NCBI GenBank assembly: GCA_038630445.1
Contig: JBCBCO010000001.1
Span: forward strand, 1 to 54,922
Length of the DNA: 54,922 nucleotides
From: Pseudomonadota bacterium
GTDB lineage: Bacteria > Pseudomonadota > Alphaproteobacteria > Caulobacterales > Hyphomonadaceae
Reading direction: 5' to 3'
Both the position numbers and the translations under genes were made by a program. The first letter of the stretch is position 1, and each line of letters opens with the position of its first letter. Below, one piece after another: positions 38,487 to 48,214 of the stretch. The notes beneath the pieces were generated by a model. The model saw nothing but the letters and a program-made list of their open reading frames with translations. It was not told the DNA's origin and searched no databases.

Positions 38487-39095
38487 TCACTGCATGGGCG
38501 CCCGCCACATCGGCTCCATAACCGGGCCACCGTCGCCAACCTCGAATAGAGCCGTGCGCTCAAAGCCGCGAGAGCCATAGAAGCCTGTATTCGCCGGGTT
38601 TGAATTTTCTAAATAGACTGGCAGACCCTCACGATCCGCATGCGCTAAGATCGGATCAAGTAGCGCTTTCCCAACGCCTTTCCCACGGGCCGCCTCACGC
38701 GTTGTAATTGCAAAAAGATAGAGATGCGGCTCCTTTGGATGATGTTGCGCCATCAACGCTCCCAAGGCTTGCCCACGTGCGAGCGCCCCTCTTCTACCAT
38801 ACCGCATTTGCCCAATGGCGAATTTAAGCATGGTCATCGGGCCAAACTTGCTCTTCACACCAGGCGGCAGCCAAAGCGTTGATCCCTGATCGCCATGAAC
38901 GTGACTGAAACCATGCTTTAGATAAATATCACGCGTCATAACCCGCATGCCCGACAGGATTGCGCGCCGATTACCAAAGACGAAGCAGTTCACAGGATCG
39001 TTTGCAAAGCCCTCTGCGGTAATATCGGCCACCTGCTGCCAGTCACGCATGCCTGCACGGCGCAGCGACGTGCCTGATAGATCGATCTGCATCAT
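38487..39095 (-). CDS. GNAT family N-acetyltransferase
   Basis: HLYL, ARGKGVGKAL, YLENSNPANTGFY..RGF. Confidence 0.88.
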   Translation of the reverse strand: MMQIDLSGTSLRRAGMRDWQQVADITAEGFANDPVNCFVFGNRRAILSGMRVMTRDIYLKHGFSHVHGDQGSTLWLPPGVKSKFGPMTMLKFAIGQMRYGRRGALARGQALGALMAQHHPKEPHLYLFAITTREAARGKGVGKALLDPILAHADREGLPVYLENSNPANTGFYGSRGFERTALFEVGDGGPVMEPMWRAPMQ

Positions 39096-39167
39096 ACCTG
39101 CCTCCTCCTCTTTGCATTAGAGGCCATGATGCCTAGACATGGCAACGTCTTTTAGAGGATGAAGCGT

Positions 39168-40475
39168 ATGCGCGATGGCGGGCGAATAGCAGCGGCAATT
39201 GATGTGCTCGGAGATGTGATCGGCCGCCACCAACCGGTTAAAGTCGCCGCGCGCGACTGGGGGAAACGGGCGCGTTACGCCGGATCAAAGGATCGCGCAT
39301 GGGTCAGCGGTCTCGTTCTGGATGCGCTGCGAAAGCGCAATTCGATTGCCCATGCGATGGGCGATGACAGCCCGCGCGGTCTGGTCCTCGGCGCGCTGGC
39401 CCATGCATGGAGCTGGGATATTCGCAAGATCGATGACGCCATGGACGAACACCACGCGCCGTCTGCGCTGACCCTGCAAGAGCGCGAACGCCTCGTCATG
39501 GCGCCCGATCCCTCTGCGGCTCCCCACATTGCGGGTGACTATCCCGAATGGCTCGCCCCACACATGAGCCGCGTGTTCGGCGAAATGGCTGCGATTGAGG
39601 GCCAAGCCATGGCGGTGCGGGCGGATGTCGATTTGCGGGTGAATACGCTGAAAGTCGATACTGAAAAAGCCGCTGCGCCACTGCGCTCGGCAAAGGCGGA
39701 ACCGTCCCGTTTACTTAAACATGCCTTCCATATCCCTGCACGCGATCCATCCCAGCGGGAGGCTTCGCTGGAAACTATCCCGGCCTATTCCAAAGGCTGG
39801 GTCGAGGTCCAAGATGCAGGCAGCCAGATCGCCGCGGCGGCCGCCAATGTGCGCGCTGGTGAGCAAGTGCTGGATTATTGCGCAGGTGGTGGTGGCAAAA
39901 CGCTGGCGCTGGCAGCCGCGATGGGCGGCAAGGGACAAGTCTTCGCCTACGACATTGACGGGCGACGCCTCAGCGCGCTGATCCCGCGACTTAAACGATC
40001 CGGCGCGCACAATGTACAAATGGTTCACCCCCGCGAACCTGATGCGCTCGCGGCCCTGAAAGGGCAAATGGATTGTGTCTTCGTCGATGCGCCCTGCACA
40101 GGCACCGGGACGTGGCGACGACGCCCGGATACGAAGTGGCGCGTCAAACCGGGCTCGCTGGAAACCCGTATGGGACAGCAGGATGAGGTTCTTCACGAAG
40201 CTGCGAAGTACGTGAAACCCGGCGGACGACTGCTCTATGCAACCTGCTCTTTTCTCGTCGAAGAGGATGAGGATCGCGTCGATGCGTTTCTCAGCTCAAA
40301 CCCGGGCTGGACCCAGGAAGATGCAGCGGCTCACGCGATAGAAAGCGGTCTTTTGACTCCGGATGGCGAAGCTACTGTCAAAGCAGGGCAGAGGCCTGAT
40401 GGCTCGGTCCGCCTCACGCCGCACACAGCGGGAACCGACGGGTTCTTCTTTGCGGTTCTGCGCACACCCACATAA
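39168..40475 (+). CDS. RsmB/NOP family m5C RNA methyltransferase
   Basis: EVQDAGSQ, DYCAGGGGKTL, DAPCTGTGTWRR, YATCS, TDGFF. Confidence 0.92.
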   Translation: MRDGGRIAAAIDVLGDVIGRHQPVKVAARDWGKRARYAGSKDRAWVSGLVLDALRKRNSIAHAMGDDSPRGLVLGALAHAWSWDIRKIDDAMDEHHAPSALTLQERERLVMAPDPSAAPHIAGDYPEWLAPHMSRVFGEMAAIEGQAMAVRADVDLRVNTLKVDTEKAAAPLRSAKAEPSRLLKHAFHIPARDPSQREASLETIPAYSKGWVEVQDAGSQIAAAAANVRAGEQVLDYCAGGGGKTLALAAAMGGKGQVFAYDIDGRRLSALIPRLKRSGAHNVQMVHPREPDALAALKGQMDCVFVDAPCTGTGTWRRRPDTKWRVKPGSLETRMGQQDEVLHEAAKYVKPGGRLLYATCSFLVEEDEDRVDAFLSSNPGWTQEDAAAHAIESGLLTPDGEATVKAGQRPDGSVRLTPHTAGTDGFFFAVLRTPT

Positions 40476-40503
40476 GTCACGCAAAACTATAGGATACGAG
40501 ACC

Positions 40504-41043
40504 ATGAAAACACTCGCTTTCGGAGCCAGCAATTCAAGCACATCGATCAACAAAGCGCTGGCAACTTATACCGTACATTTACTAGCCGAGGAGGTCATGG
40601 AAACAGAGGTCGAAATCATCGACCTGAATGACTATGCCGCCCCGATCTATTCGAGCGATCATGAGAAAACCTACGGAATTCCCGATGCGGCAAAGGCGCT
40701 GAAAGACAAAATCCAAAGCGCGGACCAGATCATCATTTCATTCGCAGAGCATAATGGCTCTTACACGGCTGCTTACAAAAGTATCTTCGACTGGATGAGC
40801 CGTCTTGAGGGTAAGGTCTATGAAGGCAAGCCCGTCGTCTTGCTATCAACATCGCCCGGTGCCAGAGGCGGCGCGAGCGTTCTGGCCACGGCAGAAATAT
40901 CCATGCCCTTCTTCGGCGCGACTGTAAAAGCGACGCTCTCGGTCGGGGGCTTCTATGATGTGTTTGACTTTGAAAAAGGCGAAGTTTCTGATGCGGAGAC
41001 GAAAATGCGACTGATCGAGGCGCTTAAATCGTTCAAAGATTAG
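40504..41043 (+). CDS. NADPH-dependent FMN reductase
   Basis: FGASNSSTSIN, AEHNGSY..AYK..FDWMSR, STSPGARGG. Confidence 0.88.
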   Translation: MKTLAFGASNSSTSINKALATYTVHLLAEEVMETEVEIIDLNDYAAPIYSSDHEKTYGIPDAAKALKDKIQSADQIIISFAEHNGSYTAAYKSIFDWMSRLEGKVYEGKPVVLLSTSPGARGGASVLATAEISMPFFGATVKATLSVGGFYDVFDFEKGEVSDAETKMRLIEALKSFKD

Positions 41044-41073
41044 GTGTAGGTGCTGCCAAGGCGCACTTAGGGT

Positions 41074-41574
41074 TTATTGAAACCGCGCTGCCAAAGACTC
41101 CCATCGCGCGATCTGATCTTCTTTCATCTCACCGCTCAATTCGCGTGAGACGAAGATTTTGAACATCGGCTCACCGTCGCTGTCATAGAAGTGGATCGAG
41201 CGCGACGGGCGTTTCTGGAAAGAGCGATTGATGAAGGCGATGTGCTTGCAGGCATCTTCCTTTATATGCCCGCCGAAGCCGTTGGTTCCGAAAAAGTGAA
41301 AATAGCCGTCATGGTTGAAGACTTGCGGCATTGCCGTTGACGTGCCGGTGATGATCTCACGTGCCTCGGTTATGAACAGGATGTCGCCCCACTCGCTGAC
41401 ATCCTTCAGGACATCCAGCATCGCTTCACCGCTGGTGATCGTGGTGCCAGTAGCTGGCAATTTATGCACCAGCTCCAGCGTCGTCATGCCGTACTCTTTC
41501 GACAATCGCTCCAGAAAGCCGCTAAAACCTTTCAGGCGCTCTTCCAGCGGTGGCAAGTCAGTCGTATCGGGCAT
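41074..41574 (-). CDS. HutX/ChuX-like cytosolic heme-binding protein
   Basis: WGDILFI, GYFH, GGHIK...C..IAFINR.F, SIHF.D.DGE.MFKIFV.R pattern of the ChuX/HutX family; GGAG SD before MPDTT. Confidence 0.75.
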   Translation of the reverse strand: MPDTTDLPPLEERLKGFSGFLERLSKEYGMTTLELVHKLPATGTTITSGEAMLDVLKDVSEWGDILFITEAREIITGTSTAMPQVFNHDGYFHFFGTNGFGGHIKEDACKHIAFINRSFQKRPSRSIHFYDSDGEPMFKIFVSRELSGEMKEDQIARWESLAARFQ

Positions 41575-41674
41575 CGCGCTCTCCTGCGTTGGCTGCGAGG
41601 TTACGTGCCGCGAAGATGTCATGCAAGTCACGCGACCGCTTCCCCAGTACGAGAGACTCGGCTAACAGCGGCTC

Positions 41675-43249
41675 ATGACTGATCTGAACACTGCTGAGCG
41701 CCATGAGCGTGCCTTGATTATCGACTTTGGCTCACAGGTGACGCAGCTCATTGCGCGGCGTCTGCGCGAAAGCGGCGTCTATTGCGAGATTCACCCGTTC
41801 AATAAAGCCGATGAGGCGTTCATCCGAGACTATGATCCACAAGCGATTATCCTCTCCGGCGGGCCGTCCAGCGTGACATGGGAAGACAGCCCCCGCGCCG
41901 ATCAGAGCGTGTTTGAGCTCGGCGTGCCTGTCCTTGGCATCTGCTACGGACAGCAGACCATGATGGAACAGCTCGGCGGCAAGGTCGAAAGCGGAACCAG
42001 CCGCGAATTCGGCCGCGCTTTCATCGATCAGGTCAGTGACGATACTTTGTTGAACGGCCTTTTCTCTGGGGGTGATCAGGAGGAAGTCTGGATGAGCCAC
42101 GGCGACCATGTCGCGCAAATGGCACCGGGGTTTAGCGTCATTGCAAAATCATCCGGCGCGCCGTTCGCTGTGATTGGTGATCCAGAGCGGCGTTTCTACG
42201 GAACCCAGTTCCACCCAGAAGTTGTCCATACAGTCCATGGCGCAAAGATGCTGCGCAACTTCACGCATGGCATTGCAGGCCTCAAAGGTGACTGGACGAT
42301 GGCCGCTTATCGCGAGGAAGCAATTGAGAAAATCCGCGCGCAGGTTGGCAAGGGCCGCGTGATTTGTGGCCTGTCCGGCGGTGTCGATAGCTCGGTTGCG
42401 GCTGTCCTGATCCACGAAGCCATCGGCTCACAACTGACTTGCGTTTATGTCGACCATGGCCTGATGCGCGCGAATGAGAGTGAGCAGGTCGTCAGCCTGT
42501 TCCGCGAGCATTACAACATCCCGCTTGTGCACGTGGATGCCTCTGATCTCTTCCTTGGCGAACTCGCAGGCGTTAGCGACCCAGAGCGCAAGCGTAAAAT
42601 CATCGGCAAGCTGTTCATCGATGTGTTTGACGAGGAAGCAAAAAAAATCGGCGGCGCGGATTTCCTCGCCCAAGGCACGCTGTACCCCGATGTCATCGAA
42701 AGCGTAAGTGCGATTGGTGGGCCCAGCGTCACGATCAAATCCCATCACAATGTCGGCGGCCTGCCGGAGCGGATGAAGATGCAGCTGGTCGAGCCGCTGC
42801 GCGAATTATTTAAAGATGAAGTGCGCGCGTTGGGGCGTGAATTGGGCCTGCCGGATGCCTTTATAGGCCGTCATCCGTTTCCTGGGCCGGGCCTCGCCAT
42901 TCGCATTCCGGGCGAGATTACGCGCGACAAAGCCGACACGCTACGCAAGGCAGACGCGATCTATCTTGAAGAGCTCCGTAAACACGATCTGTATGACAAC
43001 ATCTGGCAGGCTTTTGCGGTCCTTCTCCCCGTCAACACAGTCGGCGTCATGGGTGATGAGCGCACCTATGAAAACGTCCTTGCGCTGCGAGCGGTCACCT
43101 CAACCGATGGTATGACTGCCGACTACTACCCCTTCGAGCATGACTTCCTCGGTCGCACGGCGACGCGGATTATCAATGAAGTGAAGGGCGTGAATAGGGT
43201 GGTCTATGATATTACAAGCAAACCGCCCGGAACGATTGAATGGGAGTAG
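41675..43249 (+). CDS. guaA: GMP synthase (glutamine-hydrolysing)
   Basis: [41 protein letters not shown]. Confidence 0.98.
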   Translation: MTDLNTAERHERALIIDFGSQVTQLIARRLRESGVYCEIHPFNKADEAFIRDYDPQAIILSGGPSSVTWEDSPRADQSVFELGVPVLGICYGQQTMMEQLGGKVESGTSREFGRAFIDQVSDDTLLNGLFSGGDQEEVWMSHGDHVAQMAPGFSVIAKSSGAPFAVIGDPERRFYGTQFHPEVVHTVHGAKMLRNFTHGIAGLKGDWTMAAYREEAIEKIRAQVGKGRVICGLSGGVDSSVAAVLIHEAIGSQLTCVYVDHGLMRANESEQVVSLFREHYNIPLVHVDASDLFLGELAGVSDPERKRKIIGKLFIDVFDEEAKKIGGADFLAQGTLYPDVIESVSAIGGPSVTIKSHHNVGGLPERMKMQLVEPLRELFKDEVRALGRELGLPDAFIGRHPFPGPGLAIRIPGEITRDKADTLRKADAIYLEELRKHDLYDNIWQAFAVLLPVNTVGVMGDERTYENVLALRAVTSTDGMTADYYPFEHDFLGRTATRIINEVKGVNRVVYDITSKPPGTIEWE

Positions 43250-43367
43250 AAATCGGTCGCCTTGCGAATTTTCTGTCCACTGGACAGAAAATAGGTTTCT
43301 ACTGCCCCGGCAGGGGCCAATCAAAACTCTTATCTGGTCGCGCAGCGATCATTGCCCCGGCAGGGGC
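43245..43367. repeat. Mosaic palindromic (REP/RIME-like) element
   Basis: Two copies of TGCCCCGGCAGGGGC, two GGTCGC-N3-GCGA hairpins, a 12-bp perfect IR ATTTTCTGTCCA-C-TGGACAGAAAAT, and a closing stem AGTAGAAATC/GGTTTCTACT. Confidence 0.75.
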
Positions 43368-43415
43368 TAGCAAGACTCCCAGGATTTAGAACACACATCT
43401 GAGTGTAGGAAAACC

Positions 43416-44555
43416 CTACTCCCAAACCTCCAAATAGTCCTTCCGAACAACCCGATGCGGACTGCGAAGGTCCAGAATTCCGTTTAGTCCAACTGCCCCA
43501 AACAGCGCCTGCACATCGCCTTTATGCGCCTCACTCAACCCATCAAAACTGTCCGTCACGCGTTGTAACAATAAGTTCCGGTACGGCCCGACAATAGAGC
43601 TGATTTGATGCCCGCGCCACTCAAACGTCGTCGCGCCGAGAAACCGGCTCTTAGGATCATAAGCCGTTGCCGGATCAGGATTCTCTGCCAGCCAGTTATT
43701 TGTGAACGCGATGTGGGCGGTAATTTCCGGCAGGTAATCCTCAGCCACAAACCGCATCAGAGCCCTTAGCGTGTCCGGGATCGTATCAAACCCAAACAGA
43801 TCATCACCAGCCTTGATCGCCGTTCCATCAACATAGCGCTCAGACATGTTCATCCGCTCCGTCCAGCGATGCACGCGCGGTGCTGTCGTTTGCATCAGAT
43901 GCAGCGGGGCCGGATCGCGGGCCAAGTGGGCATAGAGCGGGCTGAATAAGCCATAGTCACCAATCGTTGGATGCCCACCCAGCAGAAAAGGGCGCTCTTT
44001 CATGTGCGCTTCGAAAAGCCCAAGGAATTCTTGGTAGGCGCTTTCAACGGTTGGCTGAACCTCCGGTGTCACGCCAAAAAACATTGCTGCTTTGCGCATC
44101 TTGCCGCTCGAGTTCAGGAAGAACTCTTCGTACGTTTTTGCGTCCAGACCGTCTGGTATGACGTCTTCAAAAGCGACTTTCAGAAACTCCAGATTGGTCT
44201 CATCAAAGTTCCAGCGATAGTGCATGGCCGGGCGCAAGAGCCCCTCGCCGCCGAACAGTTCGAACAGATGCGCGATGACTTTCAGGCGCGGATCGCTCGG
44301 ATAGATTGAGGTCTGCGAATATCCATTATCTTCGAAATAATCGAGGATGACGGAGCCATCCTGTACATAGTCTCCATCCGGCGTCTCGATCACGGGAATA
44401 ATCCAGCGTCCAACCTCCTTAGCAACGACATGGCGGAAATGATCGCTTCCCGCTTTGACCTCTTTGAACGGAACTTGATTATAGCGCATATAAGCGCGGA
44501 CTTTGCCGGTATAGAGCGAGCCGCGCATACCGTAGAGCGTAAATGGTTTTGTCAT
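43416..44555 (-). CDS. Glutathione S-transferase family protein (long form)
   Basis: LYG...SLYTGKVRAY, IPVIETPDG..VQDG, PFLLGGHPTIGDYG; start at MTKPFTLYG. Confidence 0.82.
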   Translation of the reverse strand: MTKPFTLYGMRGSLYTGKVRAYMRYNQVPFKEVKAGSDHFRHVVAKEVGRWIIPVIETPDGDYVQDGSVILDYFEDNGYSQTSIYPSDPRLKVIAHLFELFGGEGLLRPAMHYRWNFDETNLEFLKVAFEDVIPDGLDAKTYEEFFLNSSGKMRKAAMFFGVTPEVQPTVESAYQEFLGLFEAHMKERPFLLGGHPTIGDYGLFSPLYAHLARDPAPLHLMQTTAPRVHRWTERMNMSERYVDGTAIKAGDDLFGFDTIPDTLRALMRFVAEDYLPEITAHIAFTNNWLAENPDPATAYDPKSRFLGATTFEWRGHQISSIVGPYRNLLLQRVTDSFDGLSEAHKGDVQALFGAVGLNGILDLRSPHRVVRKDYLEVWE

Positions 44556-44597
44556 GCCCGTTCTTAGCCCGCTTTCACGGGCACGCAAATCCGGACC

Positions 44598-45590
44598 TTA
44601 CGCAACGCCGGTCGAGAGACAGTCATGAACGTGTAGCAGGCCGACAGGCTTATATGCCTCATCGACGATAAACACCGCCGTAATTCGCCGTTCACTCAGA
44701 AGGGCGAGGGCTTCCGCGGCGAGGCCTGTCTGTGAAATCGTCATCGGGTCGGCTGTCATAATGTCTTGCACGGCGGTCTCACTGAAAGACTTCCCGAAAT
44801 TCCGGCGGAGATCCCCATCCGTCACCATTCCGATCAGTCGCCCATCGCTATCCTGCACCCCAATGCAACCGAAGCCCTTCTGTGAAATAATCTCCACGGC
44901 CACATCGACCGTTTCATCTGGTGCGCACAGCGGCATATCCTTGTGATGCATGAGGTCGGTGACGCGTTTCAGAGCCGCACCAAGCTTCCCGCCGGGATGG
45001 AAAGTATGGAAATCTTCTTCGCTAAAGCCCTTTTCGCGCAGGACACTCACAGCGAGCGCATCGCCCAGCGCCATCATCATCGTCGTGGACGTGGTGGGCG
45101 CTTTTGTAATCCCGCACGCTTCAGGGGTCTTGGGCAACAAGAGCGTAATATCGCTCGCATTGGCGAGCGTGGAACTCGCGCCTGACGTCATGCCGATCAA
45201 CGGTATGCCAAATCGCGCGCAATAGCCCATTGTGTCGCCTAATTCCGGCGTCTCACCGGAATTCGACAAGGCGAGAACCACATCATCACGCGAAATCATG
45301 CCCAGATCACCATGGCTTGCTTCACCCGGATGGACATAGCTCGCATTCACGCCGGTAGACGCAAGCGTGGCGGCAATCTTGCGTCCGACATGCCCGGATT
45401 TCCCCATCCCTGTCACGATCACGCGGCCCTTGATCGTGAGGCAGGCATCAATCGCGGCCTGCATGGCCAGCGACAGCGCGCTGCAGGAATTATTCAGCTC
45501 ATGGTGGAGGGCGGTCAGGCCCTCAACTTCGGTTTGGATAACGTCTGCTGCAACATTGGTTTGTGCTGCCTGTAAGAGGTCAGAAGCCAT
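44598..45590 (-). CDS. kdsD: Arabinose-5-phosphate isomerase (KpsF/GutQ; SIS plus CBS pair)
   Basis: TGMGKSGHVG, HPGEASHGDLG, APTTST, FHPGGKLG, TDGDLRR. Confidence 0.92.
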   Translation of the reverse strand: MASDLLQAAQTNVAADVIQTEVEGLTALHHELNNSCSALSLAMQAAIDACLTIKGRVIVTGMGKSGHVGRKIAATLASTGVNASYVHPGEASHGDLGMISRDDVVLALSNSGETPELGDTMGYCARFGIPLIGMTSGASSTLANASDITLLLPKTPEACGITKAPTTSTTMMMALGDALAVSVLREKGFSEEDFHTFHPGGKLGAALKRVTDLMHHKDMPLCAPDETVDVAVEIISQKGFGCIGVQDSDGRLIGMVTDGDLRRNFGKSFSETAVQDIMTADPMTISQTGLAAEALALLSERRITAVFIVDEAYKPVGLLHVHDCLSTGVA

Positions 45591-45682
45591 AGCGTTTTCT
45601 CATGTTTGAACGACACTGAATGCGAAGCGCTGTATCGCACGCTTAATTCTGTCATTCGGATATAAGTCTTATCGGTGGCGCT

Positions 45683-46849
45683 CTAAACCATGCCCGCGTC
45701 AGTCGGAAGCCCATATGCCATACGCCCGAGCAGTTCATAGGTCGCCGGTGCGGTCACAATGTGCTGCGTCATGGCATGTGCATCACGAAAACGGCGCTGC
45801 AGATCACTATTCTCAAACAGGGCCGCGCCCCCGCCAATATCATAGGCCTGTCGGGCAATGTCAGCCCCTGTGCGCACCATATGTGTGCAGGCCAGACGCA
45901 GAGCTGCGCGTCGCTCAACCGGAATTTCGCCCTCAGTTTGTGCGATATCCCATGTCTGGTCGATCTCATCATGCAGATAGGCTCGCGCCGCTCTGAACGT
46001 GCCTAGCATCTCCGCTGTCTTTGCTTGCACCGTCGCGCGTTCGCCGAGTGTCTTCGAGGATCCCTGATTTTTCTTGACCCGCCCTAGGTCAATCAGCGCA
46101 TCCAGTGCACCTTTGGCATTGCCCATCGCCGTCGCTGCCACGCCCAGGCTTAAAAGGCCAAAAGCTGGAAACGCATAGAGCGCACCGTCCACTTGAGGTT
46201 TATCCGTGACCAGACTGACAGAGCGCGCTTTCGGCACGCGAATGTCTTTGACTGCGATGTCGCCGCTACCGGTCCCTTTCAGACCCATTACGTGCCACGT
46301 ATCGATCAGTTCTGCATCATCGGCCGGGAAGACCATCATGCGCGCATCGGGCTTTCCAGTCGGCAAGCGGCGCATCTCACCATCTTCAAGAATAATTGCG
46401 CCACCGCACAGCCATGAGCAATTCGCAGACCCCGATCCCCACTGCCAGCGCCCGCTGACGATAAAGTCGTCGCCGTCGACGACCGCTTTGCCCATGGGCG
46501 CGAACACACCGCCAGTAATCGTCATTGGGTCATTGTAGACCTCACGAGCCATGTCCGGGGCCATATAGGCTGCATTCATGGCCGTTGTTGCGCCAATCAT
46601 CACGCACCAGCCCGCACTCGCATTGGCCTCAGCGACAGCCTCGACCGCATCGACAATTTGGCGTGGCGAGCATTCCAATCCACCATAGGCACTCGGCGTC
46701 ACCATCCGGAATAATCCGCCTTCCGCGAGCTTTTCTGCAAGGTCAGCGGGCAACCGTCGCACGGTCTCCATTTCAGAGGCGCGCGCAGCGAGTTCTTCTT
46801 GTAAAGAGAGCGCTGAGGTCAGGGTTGGATGTGGATCGATACGGGTCAT
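45683..46849 (-). CDS. Flavin-dependent monooxygenase, acyl-CoA dehydrogenase fold (HsaA-like)
   Basis: GRWQWGSG, DTWHVMGLKGTGS, LQRRFRDAHAMTQH. Confidence 0.82.
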   Translation of the reverse strand: MTRIDPHPTLTSALSLQEELAARASEMETVRRLPADLAEKLAEGGLFRMVTPSAYGGLECSPRQIVDAVEAVAEANASAGWCVMIGATTAMNAAYMAPDMAREVYNDPMTITGGVFAPMGKAVVDGDDFIVSGRWQWGSGSANCSWLCGGAIILEDGEMRRLPTGKPDARMMVFPADDAELIDTWHVMGLKGTGSGDIAVKDIRVPKARSVSLVTDKPQVDGALYAFPAFGLLSLGVAATAMGNAKGALDALIDLGRVKKNQGSSKTLGERATVQAKTAEMLGTFRAARAYLHDEIDQTWDIAQTEGEIPVERRAALRLACTHMVRTGADIARQAYDIGGGAALFENSDLQRRFRDAHAMTQHIVTAPATYELLGRMAYGLPTDAGMV

Positions 46850-46931
46850 GTGCGCAGCCTATCCTATTTTTCCTTTCCTCTCCAGCACTTCCGCATATCT
46901 GGCGAAGCAAATCTACTGTTAGGAGTTCAAA

Positions 46932-47279
46932 ATGACCTACACGCTCATCCATCACACAGGTTGCGGCTCATCCAAGAAAGGCCTCGCGCTGCTTCAGGAA
47001 AACGGTGTTGAGCCTGAAATCCGCAAATATATGAATGCAGGAACCCGCCTGTCAGAAGGAGAACTCCGCGACATCGCCAAGAAAATGGGCGGTGTCTCTC
47101 CGCGTGAGTTTATCCGCCCGAAAGATGCGGAAAAAGCAGGCCTTGCTGAAAGTGCCAGCGATGATGAGGTCTTCGCGGCGATGGCGGCGGATCCGAAACT
47201 GATCCAGCGTCCGATTGGGATTAAAGGTGACAAAGCCGTCCTCGGCCGCCCGAACGCGAAATTGCTCGAAATCCTCTAG
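46932..47279 (+). CDS. ArsC/Spx/MgsR family protein
   Basis: HHTGCGSS, PKLIQRPI, LGRP; AGGAG SD. Confidence 0.85.
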   Translation: MTYTLIHHTGCGSSKKGLALLQENGVEPEIRKYMNAGTRLSEGELRDIAKKMGGVSPREFIRPKDAEKAGLAESASDDEVFAAMAADPKLIQRPIGIKGDKAVLGRPNAKLLEIL

Positions 47280-47288
47280 GTCGACCCC

Positions 47289-48203
47289 CTATTCAGGAAT
47301 ATCGCTTGCCGGGAGGCCCGCTTCCCGGCGCGTGGCGTAATGGCTCTCAAACGCGATCAGTAGGCAGGCGCCAATGATTACGACCGCCCCCGCCCAGGTC
47401 TGCCAGCCCGGATACTCGCGGAAAAAGAATGCTCCTAGCAGACCACTCCAAACTAGCGCGGTATACTCCAGCGGTGCCAATTGCTGCGCGGGTGCGCGGG
47501 CATAGGCGAGCGTCAGAAGATACCAGACGGTGAACCCCAACAGCCCGAAAAAGGCAAAGATCGGAATGTCACCCCAGTTCGGCGTTCCAAACAGGCCAAA
47601 TGTAATCGGTAATAGGATCAACGCGGGTATAAGATTGGTAAACATTGCGATCGTCGTTGCATCTTCCTTGGTCGCCCGCATCCGCAACAGGACGAGCGTC
47701 AGCGCATAAAGGAAGGCGGCTGCAAAACACGCGATCAGGCCGAGCAATCGATTGCCGCTTTCCCCGTCACTTTCTGGCAAGCCTTGAACGGCCAGTACAG
47801 CCCCGGCAAACCCGACCACAGCCGCCCCGAGACCCAGCTTCGTGATGTCCTCGCCCAAAAGTGCGCGCGCAACAAAGGGGACCATCAGCGCGGCGGTAAA
47901 TCCGATAATTGTCGCGAGCGCCAATGGCAGCTCCAGAACAGCATAGAAAAACAGGAAAGCCGCTACGACATGAATCGCCCCGCGCAGGCTGTGAAATCGC
48001 ACCGCTTCCATATCCGGCCGCGGTCGCTTCTGTGCCCTGAACACGGCCAGCGCAATCATGGCCCCGAACAGAAACCGCCAGGCCATCAAATGATGCAGGC
48101 CCGCATCCGGCGCGACCCACTTCACCAGCGCATCAATGCCAGTGCCCATAAAGATGGCAAACACCGCAATCAAAAGCGGCGCGCTCAGCGGATTAAACCT
48201 CAT
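47289..48203 (-). CDS. DMT (EamA) family transporter
   Basis: About 10 TM helices, AYARAPAQQLAPLEY. Confidence 0.88.
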   Translation of the reverse strand: MRFNPLSAPLLIAVFAIFMGTGIDALVKWVAPDAGLHHLMAWRFLFGAMIALAVFRAQKRPRPDMEAVRFHSLRGAIHVVAAFLFFYAVLELPLALATIIGFTAALMVPFVARALLGEDITKLGLGAAVVGFAGAVLAVQGLPESDGESGNRLLGLIACFAAAFLYALTLVLLRMRATKEDATTIAMFTNLIPALILLPITFGLFGTPNWGDIPIFAFFGLLGFTVWYLLTLAYARAPAQQLAPLEYTALVWSGLLGAFFFREYPGWQTWAGAVVIIGACLLIAFESHYATRREAGLPASDIPE

Positions 48204-48214
48204 CTCAAATCGCC

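Noticed and set aside
43303-43367. Mini-CRISPR (two identical 15-bp palindromic repeats about 35 bp apart)
   Set aside because: Only two repeats, too short for CRISPR repeats, the spacer is itself a hairpin module, and there are no cas genes.
43230-43415. Genomic island or prophage integrated at the guaA 3' end
   Set aside because: No integrase and no visible duplicate of the guaA 3' end elsewhere in the window; downstream genes look like ordinary metabolic genes.
46932-47279. Arsenic-resistance operon
   Set aside because: A lone ArsC-family gene with no arsR, arsB or acr3 nearby.
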